NCBI GenBank assembly: GCA_022813965.1
Contig: JALDZS010000151.1
Location: 1 to 60,160, forward strand
DNA: 60,160 nucleotides
Direction of reading: 5' to 3'
From: Toensbergia leucococca
Taxonomy: Eukaryota
Numbering within the stretch: position 1 is the first letter of the stretch; each line of letters starts with the position of its first letter. Below are positions 10,549 through 21,334 of this stretch, piece by piece. The notes beneath the pieces were generated by a model, which worked only from the letters and a program-made list of their open reading frames with translations, was not told the DNA's origin and ran no database searches. The translations under genes were made by a program, and so were the position numbers.

Positions 10549-11251
10549 TCAACTCCTTCTCACCCACCCCCCCTGCGCACCCCCTGTCGGCCACGTCCCG
10601 TTCCAAGTTCCAGTCCCGTTCCAAGTCCCAGTCGCATTCCCATTTCCAGTCCCACCCGACGGCCATGTCCCATTCCACGTCCCATTTCCGCCTGACGGCC
10701 ACGTCCCATTCCCAGCCCCAGTCCCATTTCCATTCACCCCCACACCCGTGCCATTACAAGCCACCACAGGCATAAAAACAGACGGTTGCAAGTATCCGTC
10801 ATTTTGGCAAATGGAGTCATAGTAAACTTCCGCATCTAGTTTTCTTTCGAATCAGCTCACCTCACCCTCTCCATCAAAATCGCGCATTGTTTTTTGGAAT
10901 AAGGATTGATTGATTGATTGAATGGGATGGGAGAAAAAGGGGGGAGGGGGAGGGGGGAAATACACGAGATTCCGCCGTCGGGGTCACAGGTTCGGAAGGC
11001 GCAGGTTTGGATGGCGGTGCTGTTTGCGTCGCAGAGGAGGCAGGGGCTCAGGCTTTGGATGCAGGCGTACTGCGTTGTTGGGGGGGGACGGTGTTAGCTG
11101 GTTTTCTTGGCAGATGGGTGTGGGATAAGTGGAAGGGGGGACGGACGAGACATGGTGGAGGAGGAACTGTGAGGGAGAGGGTGTTTGATTGGGTTAGGGC
11201 CGCGTGGGGGAGGAGGAAGGCGAGGAGGGGGAGGAGGAGCTTGGGCTGCAT
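10549..11251 (-). CDS. Secreted CFEM-like Cys-rich protein with Gly/Asn/Thr/Trp repeat tail
   Basis: Signal peptide MQPKLLLPLLAFLLPHAALTQ. Three exons splice in frame to PPCLYACIQSLSPCLLCDANSTAIQTCAFRTCDPDGGISYAEVYYDSICQ, then NGTW/NGTG repeats. Confidence 0.65.
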
Positions 11252-11751
11252 GTTTTTGATTTCGAATCCTTTCGCCATGGGGGAAGTGGGATTTGGGTGA
11301 GGTGGTTTTGAGGACGCAAGGTAGGGTGAAGGTGGGTTTGGAAGCAAGGTATCCTTCCCAGATCTATATACCCTTCATCCCAAGGCCCCGGTCCAACAGA
11401 GTTCCTCAACAAAAAAAAACCTTCCCCTCGCGTTCTTCTCTAATCAGAAGCTCTTGTACGTGCCCCCTCTCCCTCACATGAGAATCTCCTCCTCATCAAG
11501 CTTTGTATCATATTGATCTCAACAACAGAATTTAAACCTCACCAGCTCTCATCGCTTTTGAAAGCTACACGAAAATTCTTTCTCCTCAAACTCCGACACA
11601 ATTTTCACGTGAATGACGTGACCCTTTCCGCCTTGCTTTACCGTTGAAAGACCCAACAACAATACTACTGGATAAAGTCTTAATTGTGTTGTATTCGTGG
11701 CTCGCTAACTAAGATTTCCCAAGTGCAGTAGCTGTGGATATAAGTGAATGC

Positions 11752-11838
11752 TGACTAATCCACGATCCATGACTAATCCCCCTAATCCACGAATTCGAAT
11801 TCCACCGGATCCACGAATCCACGAATCCACGAATTCAC
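11752..11838. repeat. Array of short (A)ATCCACG / CTAATCC repeats
   Basis: ctaatccacgatccatgactaatccccctaatccacgaattcgaattccaccggatccacgaatccacgaatccacgaattc. Confidence 0.7.
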
Positions 11839-13353
11839 CCCTCACCGTTGATTTTGTTCGTCGTTTTGGACATCGGACGGCTTATCATATGCGATCTTCT
11901 TCTAATTCCCCAATTCCGATTCCTCAAAAGCATGAAATCTTCCCAAAGCACAACTCTCATGGCCATGGATACCACTATATTAAATTGTTAAAGTTTTCGT
12001 TCCTGAAAGCCTTGCATGGGGGAAAACAACACTTTGGGGGCTGAATCCTGTTCGCTGCCTGGGAGTTAGGTAGGTATCATATGCTTTTTTCCTCCATCAT
12101 CCAAAATTTAGTCGCTAAGGGGAGATGGGGAGATCATACGACCCATCATCAACATGAGATAATATTTAGCCATGAGTGAGGTTAATTAAGTTTGGTCTCA
12201 TACGCGGGCATCGACTGAGTGAATGGAAGCAGCCGCTGAAAGACAGCAAATCCTGCGCGCGCATATCTTGGAGTTAACACCATGCCGATAAGCAACCTCT
12301 TCTCAGTCGAAATTCTGGACTTTTGACATATCGCCTCCCAAATTTGGCCAATTCGACTTCCATCTAGAAAGGGCTCTCTGGATTGCTCCACGGGCTCCAA
12401 ATAGCGTTTTATCCACACGGTCCTATCAACAATATACCTATTAGTCAATACTGATGTTGAACATATGAGGAGTAGAGATAAGATGAAGTCAAAGCCTGAA
12501 TCAGATTAAAAGGATATGAGACAAAAATAAAAGTAATCTACAGTCGAGGAGTAGGTACGGATTCCCTCGATTCTTGGTGTGGTAAGCTAAGTAAGGCGCT
12601 AGTCCTGATTAGTCAATAAATCACAGTTTAGCTACCGTAGTGTCTCATGCTAACCTGGTGGAGAATAGCTTGCCAATGCTAAACGAACCCCTATTCTCAA
12701 TGTCAACTTCGACGAAATGTTCTTTTGGGCTCCTACAGGATTGACTTTGCTCTCTACCCTACGCTGTCTTCAAAAGCCACCATCTGCGCCTCTTGCTACA
12801 GTCAATGACCATGATTGAATTGCATGATATCCTCGCAAAACATAGCCAGACCAGCAATCCTGATTCCGTATCATAGCTGTTGTGGTCGGAATCACCCCAA
12901 GTCTCTGCACTGAAACCATACCTCCAGGCTTTTAGTCCTGTCTAATTTTCATCAGATGCATGAAACAGCTACCGATCCAAGACCGCTGTTGCCGCCCGAG
13001 TGTCCGGTCCACATACCCGCACCTGTCGCTACAGAATCCTGGCGCAAGTATTATGGCCCCATCACTCTTACCTACCGGGTTCTTTTGCCCCTAAAGCCGG
13101 AGCAGGCCAAGACCGTGAAACCAAGTGGCGGTATCAGTGCCATTGACGGTTGCCCTTGACGGTGCCCTTGACGCTGAAAACGGCATAGTTGTGTTTGCAA
13201 TTCCACAATGGGCATTAAATTTACTCAATGACGAGTCTTGAATCACGGTACTGTCATTGAAAATACTGATTGCAAGCAAAAATGCTCCTTTCGACTCAAT
13301 GCCGAGCTATCATTCACAAAAGCCCAAAGGGGCAAACCGAGTGTCTAGCCTCT

Positions 13354-13797
13354 CTAACTTGGGTGAAACCCCATGTGGCATCTTGTATACCTCAGGTCTT
13401 TAGCAGCATTGGGGAGCCTGGAGTCTGGATTTACCGGGGGCTCGGTGAAAACATTCCAGCAAATCGTGTCATTAGATCCACCTATGATTGAGTCCACCAT
13501 GCACGAATAGCACGCATGGAAACAGTTTTCCGGATTCTGATATCCACCGTCTGTTCCTTTGAACCATCCGACACCACTACACATCATGCCCTTCCAATCA
13601 TCGGTATCGTAGCTGTCCAAGCAATTGAGCATATCGGGGCCGAAATTGTGAGTAGTGATGGCGGTTTCAGTGTTGTTCTGGCATGATGTCCAGGAGCCTC
13701 CGGGGGCCGTTGCGTTTACGGATTCTTCGACGACCCAAAAGTTCGAGGCCCCAGTGATGGTGGAAAAAGCAGCCAAGGTGAAGAGAATAAATATCAT
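13354..13797 (-). CDS. Small secreted cysteine-rich protein (effector-like)
   Basis: 147 aa, hydrophobic N-terminal signal, 8 Cys (..CSGVGWFKG..NCFHACYSC..ICW..RCHMGFH), intronless. Confidence 0.75.
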   Translation of the reverse strand: MIFILFTLAAFSTITGASNFWVVEESVNATAPGGSWTSCQNNTETAITTHNFGPDMLNCLDSYDTDDWKGMMCSGVGWFKGTDGGYQNPENCFHACYSCMVDSIIGGSNDTICWNVFTEPPVNPDSRLPNAAKDLRYTRCHMGFHPS

Positions 13798-15408
13798 GTT
13801 TATGGATGATATAAGGTATCACGCTTTCGCATTTTGTGTGATATCAAAGACAGCGTGTATGGACTTTCGTTGGCGATGATGCAGAAATCTGCGAGCCGTG
13901 ATGATGTGCAATCTATCTACCAATCAAACCATACCGCATATGAAAAAAAGAACTTCGGAGCAGAATACCTGGTGTCGGCGTGGATAAATTCAGATCCAAC
14001 GAGATAGGACAGCAACAAAGACGATGGTGGAGCTGGAGGTGTGGTTGGAGTAAAAAGCTAATTGAAGATTGGAACAACGCCTTAAAGTAGAAGAGTAAAG
14101 ACATTATTATACAAAGTCTTGAATGTAACCTTGAACTCCTACAGCGTAAAAAGGAAAAGGATCAGACAGTTGTATACGCACAGAACTGTGGTCGCGTATA
14201 CAAATGAAACACATCGGGCTGAATCGAATGGCGGAAATGAGCTGTTGAAGTGGATACTGCCACCTCTACTTGCATCAACAGACAGATTGAGCAAGTGGAA
14301 TACGATTGGAGCGTACACAGTAGAAGCGCCCAAGTGGGACTTTCAACTTTGCGAAGCGGTGAGAAGATCAAGAAATCAGAATGAGGAGGCCCGCTTCAGC
14401 TTTACTCGAACATCCCTATTTATTCTATTCGCGGGAGCCTTACACTAGCGTGAGTCTTCACTTTCAACCTCAGCTCGTCCATGACCCAATAACATGGGTA
14501 AAGATTGTCTATCTTATGTTGAACTGACACGGCGTGTTGATATACTTAGATCCTTTTCCAACACACTGACACCCTCTTTTCCGCAGCTGTATTCAGCGCG
14601 CAATATCACACAGGGAAGATGTTGGTTTCGCACTGAATAGCGACTCGACTGTTTCACTCCCTTCAGCTTTTTTTGCTCTGTTGGCTCTTTTTCACCCTTT
14701 CACTTTATCTCTTGTTAGACTTACGTGAGTCAGTATGTTAATGACGCAACAAAAAGAGGGGTCCTCTACGAAGTAACACATGCCGTGTCTAAACAATACC
14801 TTGACAATGAGTGTGTTTCTTTGGGATAGAACATATTCTCCAGGTGGTTGTCAATGTATAGATAGTCCTCATGTTTATCAGCATCACCAAGGCCTCGGAT
14901 GACCAACAGGTACACGGTCATGAACGAGACAATGTTAGAGTAAAAAAAACTCACACGCAAAACAGAGATTTGTGAGATGTTCGCGTCTATCAAAATCATC
15001 CAAAGCATGGAAAATAAGATAGTCTAGACTGGAGGAAGGTTTGATATCAAATTCAATCTACACTTTCCAAAATTATGGATTTCGATCTCCACCACAATTC
15101 TCTATTATTCCTTCATGGTGTAGGGTCAGGATAGCTCTCGTATGACAAGTGGAAGTTAAGCATCTGGCGAATGTGATGATAAGGTAAGACGTATGAGAAA
15201 TCACCTCCCAGTCATTTTAAATTCCACATTCCTCTTCCTATCATTCACTCCCTTTTCTCTATGAACTTAGCGGTCTCTTGCTCCTATCCGTTTCCCGTTC
15301 CGCTCACCACCCACTTTCCCTCGAGTAAGCGAACAATCGCTCCTTCTCCATCATCAGATGACCTTGCCCCCAATTTATATCACCATTCAACACCACCACG
15401 CCCACGAG

Positions 15409-16313
15409 ATGTGCTGCTGGCCCTTCGTAGACGTCTGGCTCGATGAGCCGCCGCCCAAGAAACCCGAGCCACCCGCAGAGAAGAAAGAATACGTGCTGGT
15501 GGACGATAAATTGGTCTTGCACCCAATGGTGAGTCAAAATAACTTTCCCTTCACGTCACCCGCACACTTTCAGTCTTCCACCTCACAACACTTTCATCGG
15601 AAAACCAACATCTCCATCTTCTTTCCATCCCTCGACACAAAAACTTGCATTCCACTACGAAAATGTCTTTCTACTACAACTACGGCACCGACAATCCATC
15701 TGGACTCTGCTCCCCGCCAGCTCCACCTCAACCACAACCTCAACCTAGACGCTCCGGCCCCCAAACCTATACATACACCCCACCAACTCCCAACCCACCG
15801 GCTCCAACTCCCTACCACGGTCCTCAAGTCTACAGCTACATCCCACCCCAGCCCGCCGCTCCCCAAGTTAAACAAGTCATCTACACAGTCATGACCCTCA
15901 CCCCACTATTCACATATAAAGATTCACACACTGACATCCCCTCCTAGCCTCAACCAATGACCTACGCTCCCCAAGCGGACTACTACTACTCCTCCTACCC
16001 AGTCGGTCACTCCGCCTACATCAAAGCCCCTGAGCCAGCCGCTGTCGCCCCTGCTCCCGCCACCATCGCTTGGAACGGTCCTACCAAAGCCGAGGTCGAC
16101 GCACGCAACTACGCCATGGCCGAAGCGAGCGGAGCCACCAAGCCGCGTCAATTGGTACCACTTAATTCAAGCCCTACCCAACAGTACTATGTGCGTGAGC
16201 TGGACGGCTCGTACACGTTGAGAACTGCGGGGGATATCCATACGAATTTGACGGCGGGGTATTGGCAGTATCATCCGGAGAGTGGGTATCCCTATTATGT
16301 GGTTCAGAAGTAG
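15409..16313 (+). CDS. Pro/Tyr-rich hypothetical protein (conserved-looking C-terminal YYVRELDGSYTLR...GYWQ...GYPYYV domain)
   Basis: Exon 15409-15528 (MCCWPF...LHPM|gtgagt) joins in phase 0 to the acceptor at 15947 (ctgac..tag) and the exon 15948-16313. A second candidate first exon starts at 15663. Confidence 0.7.
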
Positions 16314-17087
16314 GATTGGTGCTCGAGGTATGTTGCTTCTCTCCCTCTTTGTATTAGGTAGACTGATACCGTCAGGGCCATCCAGAGCTTTCATCCCAGT
16401 GTCCGATAATGAACTGAGAGGACGACTTAATCGACCATACGATCCGTGGGATGCTTTCCATTGGTGTGGAGTGTGGTTTCCGATACTGCGGGAATTAGAG
16501 AAGTGCGAGAACGAGTACTCTTTTTTTTCGTGTATAGGCTATGGCAGCAAGGGCTAGCTCCACACGATCGACTCGTTTGCTCGGGTTCATGTAGCTAGAC
16601 CCGGCAAGATTTGTATCTCTGCAGCATTAGCTTATTGCAATCAAAATATGTATTTCTTACGATTACTTGTAGCTCATTCGTGATCTGACTATGATTTCAA
16701 CGTGCATCTTTTGTGAATCCATAGAGACCTGCTGGATCCTAATGAACACCGCCCGCTAATTATTCCCCTTTTTTCTTTGTGTTTGAGTCTGGGATACTGA
16801 TATCGTTGAGTCCAGATGACTTCAGCTGTTCCATCTGATGGATTCACTCTACACAGTCCTAATACATTTTTTCTTCTCCAGGAATATTTACCAACCTTTT
16901 TTTGGCAATATCATGCTAGATTTGAAGCTGGATTTGGGGGTGGTTCGGTTTGACTCTTTCTTGAATACTTCTTGAACCCCCTCCCCCCCGTCCCCACTTC
17001 CTGGGTCTGATAATACAATTTCTTTCTTATGGAGCAACTTTTATTTATTCACAGAGTCGGTTTTCTTTTGGGGGGGGGAGGGGGTGG

Positions 17088-17117
17088 GGTTTGGTTTGGT
17101 TTGGTTTGGTTTGGTTT
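17088..17117 (+). repeat. (GGTTT)6 microsatellite in a G/T-rich low-complexity tract
   Basis: Directly visible, followed by (ATGG/ATGA)n. Confidence 0.85.
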
Positions 17118-18411
17118 TGAATGGATGGATGGTTTGATGGTTGAATGAATGGATGAATGGGGTTTTTGGGGGTTTTGGGTAGGCTGTGTGCTTTTTTTTT
17201 CTTTTTTTTTTTTGGTGAGGGAGGGATTGAGGGGGGAGGGAGGGAGGGAGGTGAGATGAGAGGAGATGAGAGGACAGGGGAAAAGGGGGTTCTGTGCTAT
17301 TTATCTTCAGTCCCCACCTCTCTGTTCAAAGCACCCTCGCCCCCTCCCCCCCTCCCCGGCTCACTAACACTATCACTATCACCCATCTTCCCAACCTATC
17401 CATCTTCCCAACCTCTGCATCGCTAACACCCCCCCACACCACCTTCCCAATAACAAAATCTACTCTGTATAAAAAAATGGTGGGGTTTTCGTTTCCTCTA
17501 CTGCAGCCGAGGAGGAAAATGAAAAAAAGGCAGAGAAGGGGGTTGAGATATGGTAGCTCATGGGTGGGGTCTTAACTCTTTTGAATTTTTCTGTTTTGTG
17601 ACTTTTTTTTGGGGGGCGTGGGTGAGAGGTGGGGTGGGGTTTTTTTGGGGAGTGGGGACTTGGATGCGCTGGTTAGGGCTGAGATGGGTTTTTTGTGGGA
17701 GGGATGGAGAGGGGTGGGGTGGGTGTTTGTGGGAGGGAGATTGGGGTGGGGAAGGTGGGATTGTGGATGGTGATGAGGATGGTGTTTTAGAGGAAAGGGG
17801 GATGGGTTGGGGAGGTGGAATTCGTGGGTTGGGTTGTGGAGGATTACTTTGGATCGGGATGAGGATTTGGGAGGTTAGGGTAGAGATGGGGGTGGTAAGA
17901 AAGACGCGTGTCGTGGCTAGGGGCAGAGACAGTCGGGAGAAGGATGTAAGCATGATGGCACTCTTTTGCTCTGCGTGAGGATATATGTGCCTTGGTTGTA
18001 CGTGGGGGTGAGAGATTCATGATTACTTTCAACAGGAGGAACAGAGTGGTAAGGAGGGTATTTGGCTCTCTTGTGGCTCATTTGGAAAAAAGGGGTTCCT
18101 TTTGTATGTTTTCCTTCGCTATTTGACAAGACAAATCGGTCTCAGGCGTTCAGTCGAAATATTTAGGAAATAACCCTTGTATCCAAATAGTGCTGATGCA
18201 AATCTCTAGGGAAACACGTGTGGCGAGTGTCAATTTATCGCTATTCTTTACGTCCGATACGAGAGGGCTTTAAAGTGCGATGTTTGACCTTGGGTGGAGA
18301 GAAAATGACGAAAGCGCAGGTTGTCTAATGAGAGTAGGAAGTGTGCTGTGAGCGTCAGCTATAGATATTAATTTCGACGAGAGTTCAAGTAACCCTTACT
18401 TCTCACAAGTG

Positions 18412-19131
18412 TTAGATTTGCGATGGTACCGCCTGTGTTCCGGTCCATTCCCACGAGGCTTTTTTGCATACCGCACACATAGCTCTGAACAAGTCAAACG
18501 CGAGTTGCCCACCTTCTCTGATCATGTCCTCAACTTCTTCGATATCCTCAGGATACATCATCTTGGAGACAAGAGGCGCGACTTCCACAAAATACGCGCC
18601 GAAACAAGCGTCCGAGTCAGTAGTATGATCAAAGATTTTCTGTGCCATCTTGAAGAAAAGAACGGGGTTTTCAATGATATTCTCCACACGGCGAAGTTTG
18701 AGGACAGTAAGTTCCTTCAACTTTTCTAGCTGGTATTTATCTGCCATGATGTAGACGTTGGCGAGTTCGATACCGAGATTAGGATTCTCTCTATCTGAAA
18801 AAGTGTCGGTAAATATGATGTCGGAACAATTGCGCCTCATGGGAGTATAGTCGCGGGTGTAGAGGTACTCCAATATGTGGCCAAAAGTTACGGCGTTATC
18901 CTCTGGAAGGTATATGGATCGACCCATGCCCTCCTCGAATGTTGATAAGCAAATCCGTTCGAAGACAGGCGATTCGTGCAAGACTAATTCGTGGACTACC
19001 CGCCGAACGTCATTTGGTCCCACATAAATGGCGAATGTGTTAGAGTTCAGGCGTCTGTAAGTTGTGTTCGTGAGATTCAACTTCGATTTGCATTTGATGC
19101 ATTTGAAGCAAGGAACATACTCATCAAACAT
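18412..19131 (-). CDS. BTB/POZ domain protein (5' start uncertain)
   Basis: MFDE|RLNSNTFAIYVGP..VVHELVLHESPVFERIC..FEEG..IYLPEDNAVTFGHILEYLYTRDY..VYIMADKYQLEKLK. Confidence 0.85.
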   Translation of the reverse strand: MFDEYVPCFKCIKCKSKLNLTNTTYRRLNSNTFAIYVGPNDVRRVVHELVLHESPVFERICLSTFEEGMGRSIYLPEDNAVTFGHILEYLYTRDYTPMRRNCSDIIFTDTFSDRENPNLGIELANVYIMADKYQLEKLKELTVLKLRRVENIIENPVLFFKMAQKIFDHTTDSDACFGAYFVEVAPLVSKMMYPEDIEEVEDMIREGGQLAFDLFRAMCAVCKKASWEWTGTQAVPSQI

Positions 19132-20244
19132 AATCAATTAGGCCTTGGGTGTCAGATCTAACACGTGTTTCCTGCGCTCTCTCCAGCTCTTTGGGCTCCT
19201 CTTAATTAGCGAGCCTCGTAGGGCGTTGGTTGGCAGAGTGGTTGATGGCTTAGGGCGCAGAAGTCTAGTACGAAGGAAGAAGCTTGAAGTGGATGAATGA
19301 AAAAGAGTGTCAAGAGCAGGAATGAAAGAATGATGGAACGGAAGCGACATCTACTGGGCTAAAAGGACGAAAATAGAGCGGTAAGATATGGGAATTTTGT
19401 AGAAGATATAAGGGATTGCGTGAAGCTTGAGAAAGTAGAGTTTTGTCGAATGGAGATCAGGTTGCTAGTAATAGTAAGGAAAGGAATATGGTGGAAACGT
19501 CCACATCGGATCCTGGTATGTCACGGGGACTAAGCTACCTTAGGGTAGTTGAATGTTTGAGATGATTACAGTGGCGTGCGTGAATCCTTTCCTTTAGAAA
19601 ATACAAAGGGTATGCATTTTGACAGCAAACCGTCCAATCTGAAAGAGAAGCAAATACACGCCAAGGAAAGCCCACTTCTTGCTGAACATCCTCAACCGTT
19701 GTTGAACATGAGCAATCTTCGATTACGGACCGGCAGAAGAATGCTTAGGGGGCTGGTGAAGAGCCAAGCCAACATCAATCTGACTTCGTGTAACTTTGAT
19801 CTTGAATTGGATCGATGAATACCTTAGCCATGGCGGTACTTGGACAAATGGACGGGACATTTGGGTCTCAATTTAATCAACGTCGTGACAGAGTAGAGAA
19901 GACAAGCTCCAGCTGTGCTCTTCTCCAGCTGTCTATCTTGATGAGGATTAACACAACGAATAAGTTCATGTCCCAGCAACTCCAGCAAAGAGACAACAAA
20001 GGGAGCATCAAATCTCTTCTTGTATTTCTTATGAGGAGCATCAAATCGTCTGCATCGGACTGCTGTCAAGTTGTCAGCTGAGTAGAGCAGGAGTGATAAG
20101 AATGAGGCTAACCCTTGCCAAGGGTTTTGCAGGAAATGCAATGCACCAGCGGCGGGTAGAAATCATTACCGGTCTCTGCTTATGACTTCTGCCCGGTGAT
20201 AAGGGAAAAGTTGAGGAAATGGTGTTTCCGTACAATGACATCTT

Positions 20245-21034
20245 TCATATTGGATCGCCAAACTTTCCTCTATCTCTCCAAATTTTGCCTGTAGCTAAAA
20301 TATTTACCAGTCGAACATCTTGCTTCCACTCTAGCTTCAGCTCCTGCACCTTCACCTCCAATTTCGAGTACGCTTGATTCTTCATATCTAATTCAGAATA
20401 TTTTATCTCATAACTTGTTTTCTGAGCTTTGACTATGTCCTCTGCGAGCTTTCCACCTTGATAAACCAATCCTGAGATTTGGTCATAATCGGGGGCCTCA
20501 AGTACACGCAGGGCATGGGGAGCTTCAGCTCTGAAGTACGCCTTGAATACGGCGTCTTCCTCAGAAGTATTTTCACAAATAGTGTGCGCGATATCGAACA
20601 AAGCAGATGGGGGAGCACCTATGAATGCCACTCGAATCTTGTCAGTGGTAGCTTCCTTCAGCTCACAGAAGTCATATTTCTCAGCGAGAATATAGACTCC
20701 AGCTAGCTCATCCCCTAGGACTGACATAGCGGTACCATCCGAGGAACTCGAAGTCTCGTAGTCCTTCGTGTAAAGATAACTAATGACACGTCCAAAGCTA
20801 TCGGCATCGTCCTCTGGCAGGCGAATACTGGCCTCAGCACTCTCTTTGAAGGGACCGCTGCACATCTTTGCGAAGACTGGAGATTTCGATAAGTGTGACT
20901 CATGGACAGTATACTCTTCCTTTTGTGGTCCAACGGAAACAATGAAACTCTTGCTCTTGAAACATCTGTGTGTGGTGTTAGTTGGGCTGGAAAAGAAATT
21001 GGCAACACTGGACGGCAACATACTTCCATGACAT
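20245..21034 (-). CDS. BTB/POZ domain protein with coiled-coil tail (both ends uncertain; extra exons possible)
   Basis: MSWK|CFKSKSFIVSVGPQKEEYTVHESHLSKSPVFAKMCSGPFKES..IRLPEDDADSFGRVISYLYTKDY..VYILAEKYDFCELK. Confidence 0.85.
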
Positions 21035-21334
21035 GGCTAATGATTGGATGAGTCAGGACTGTAATTCGTGTCTCCTATTCAGTTTCCTTCGACGCCAATG
21101 CTCTCTTTTGGATGGATGGGATGGCGAACGATCTTAGTGTGGTTTAGCTAGATTACAATGATGCGTTGACATAGAACCGAATGGGCTGTAATGCTGACGT
21201 TGAGATGATAGAATGGGACAGTACGTGAAAGATATAAGGACGTAGGTGATTCCATGGGAGTGTTGTGGTGAGGTGATGAGATTGAGAGACTCGCCCTGAT
21301 GTGTGGAATCCCGTGAATTGTGTGGAGATGAATC

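Noticed and set aside
12182..13160. Short ORFs 12182-12448 and 12956-13159
   Set aside because: No recognisable motif and no convincing exon chain.
17550..17978. Gly/Trp-rich and Pro-rich ORFs on opposite strands
   Set aside because: By-products of G-rich low-complexity sequence.
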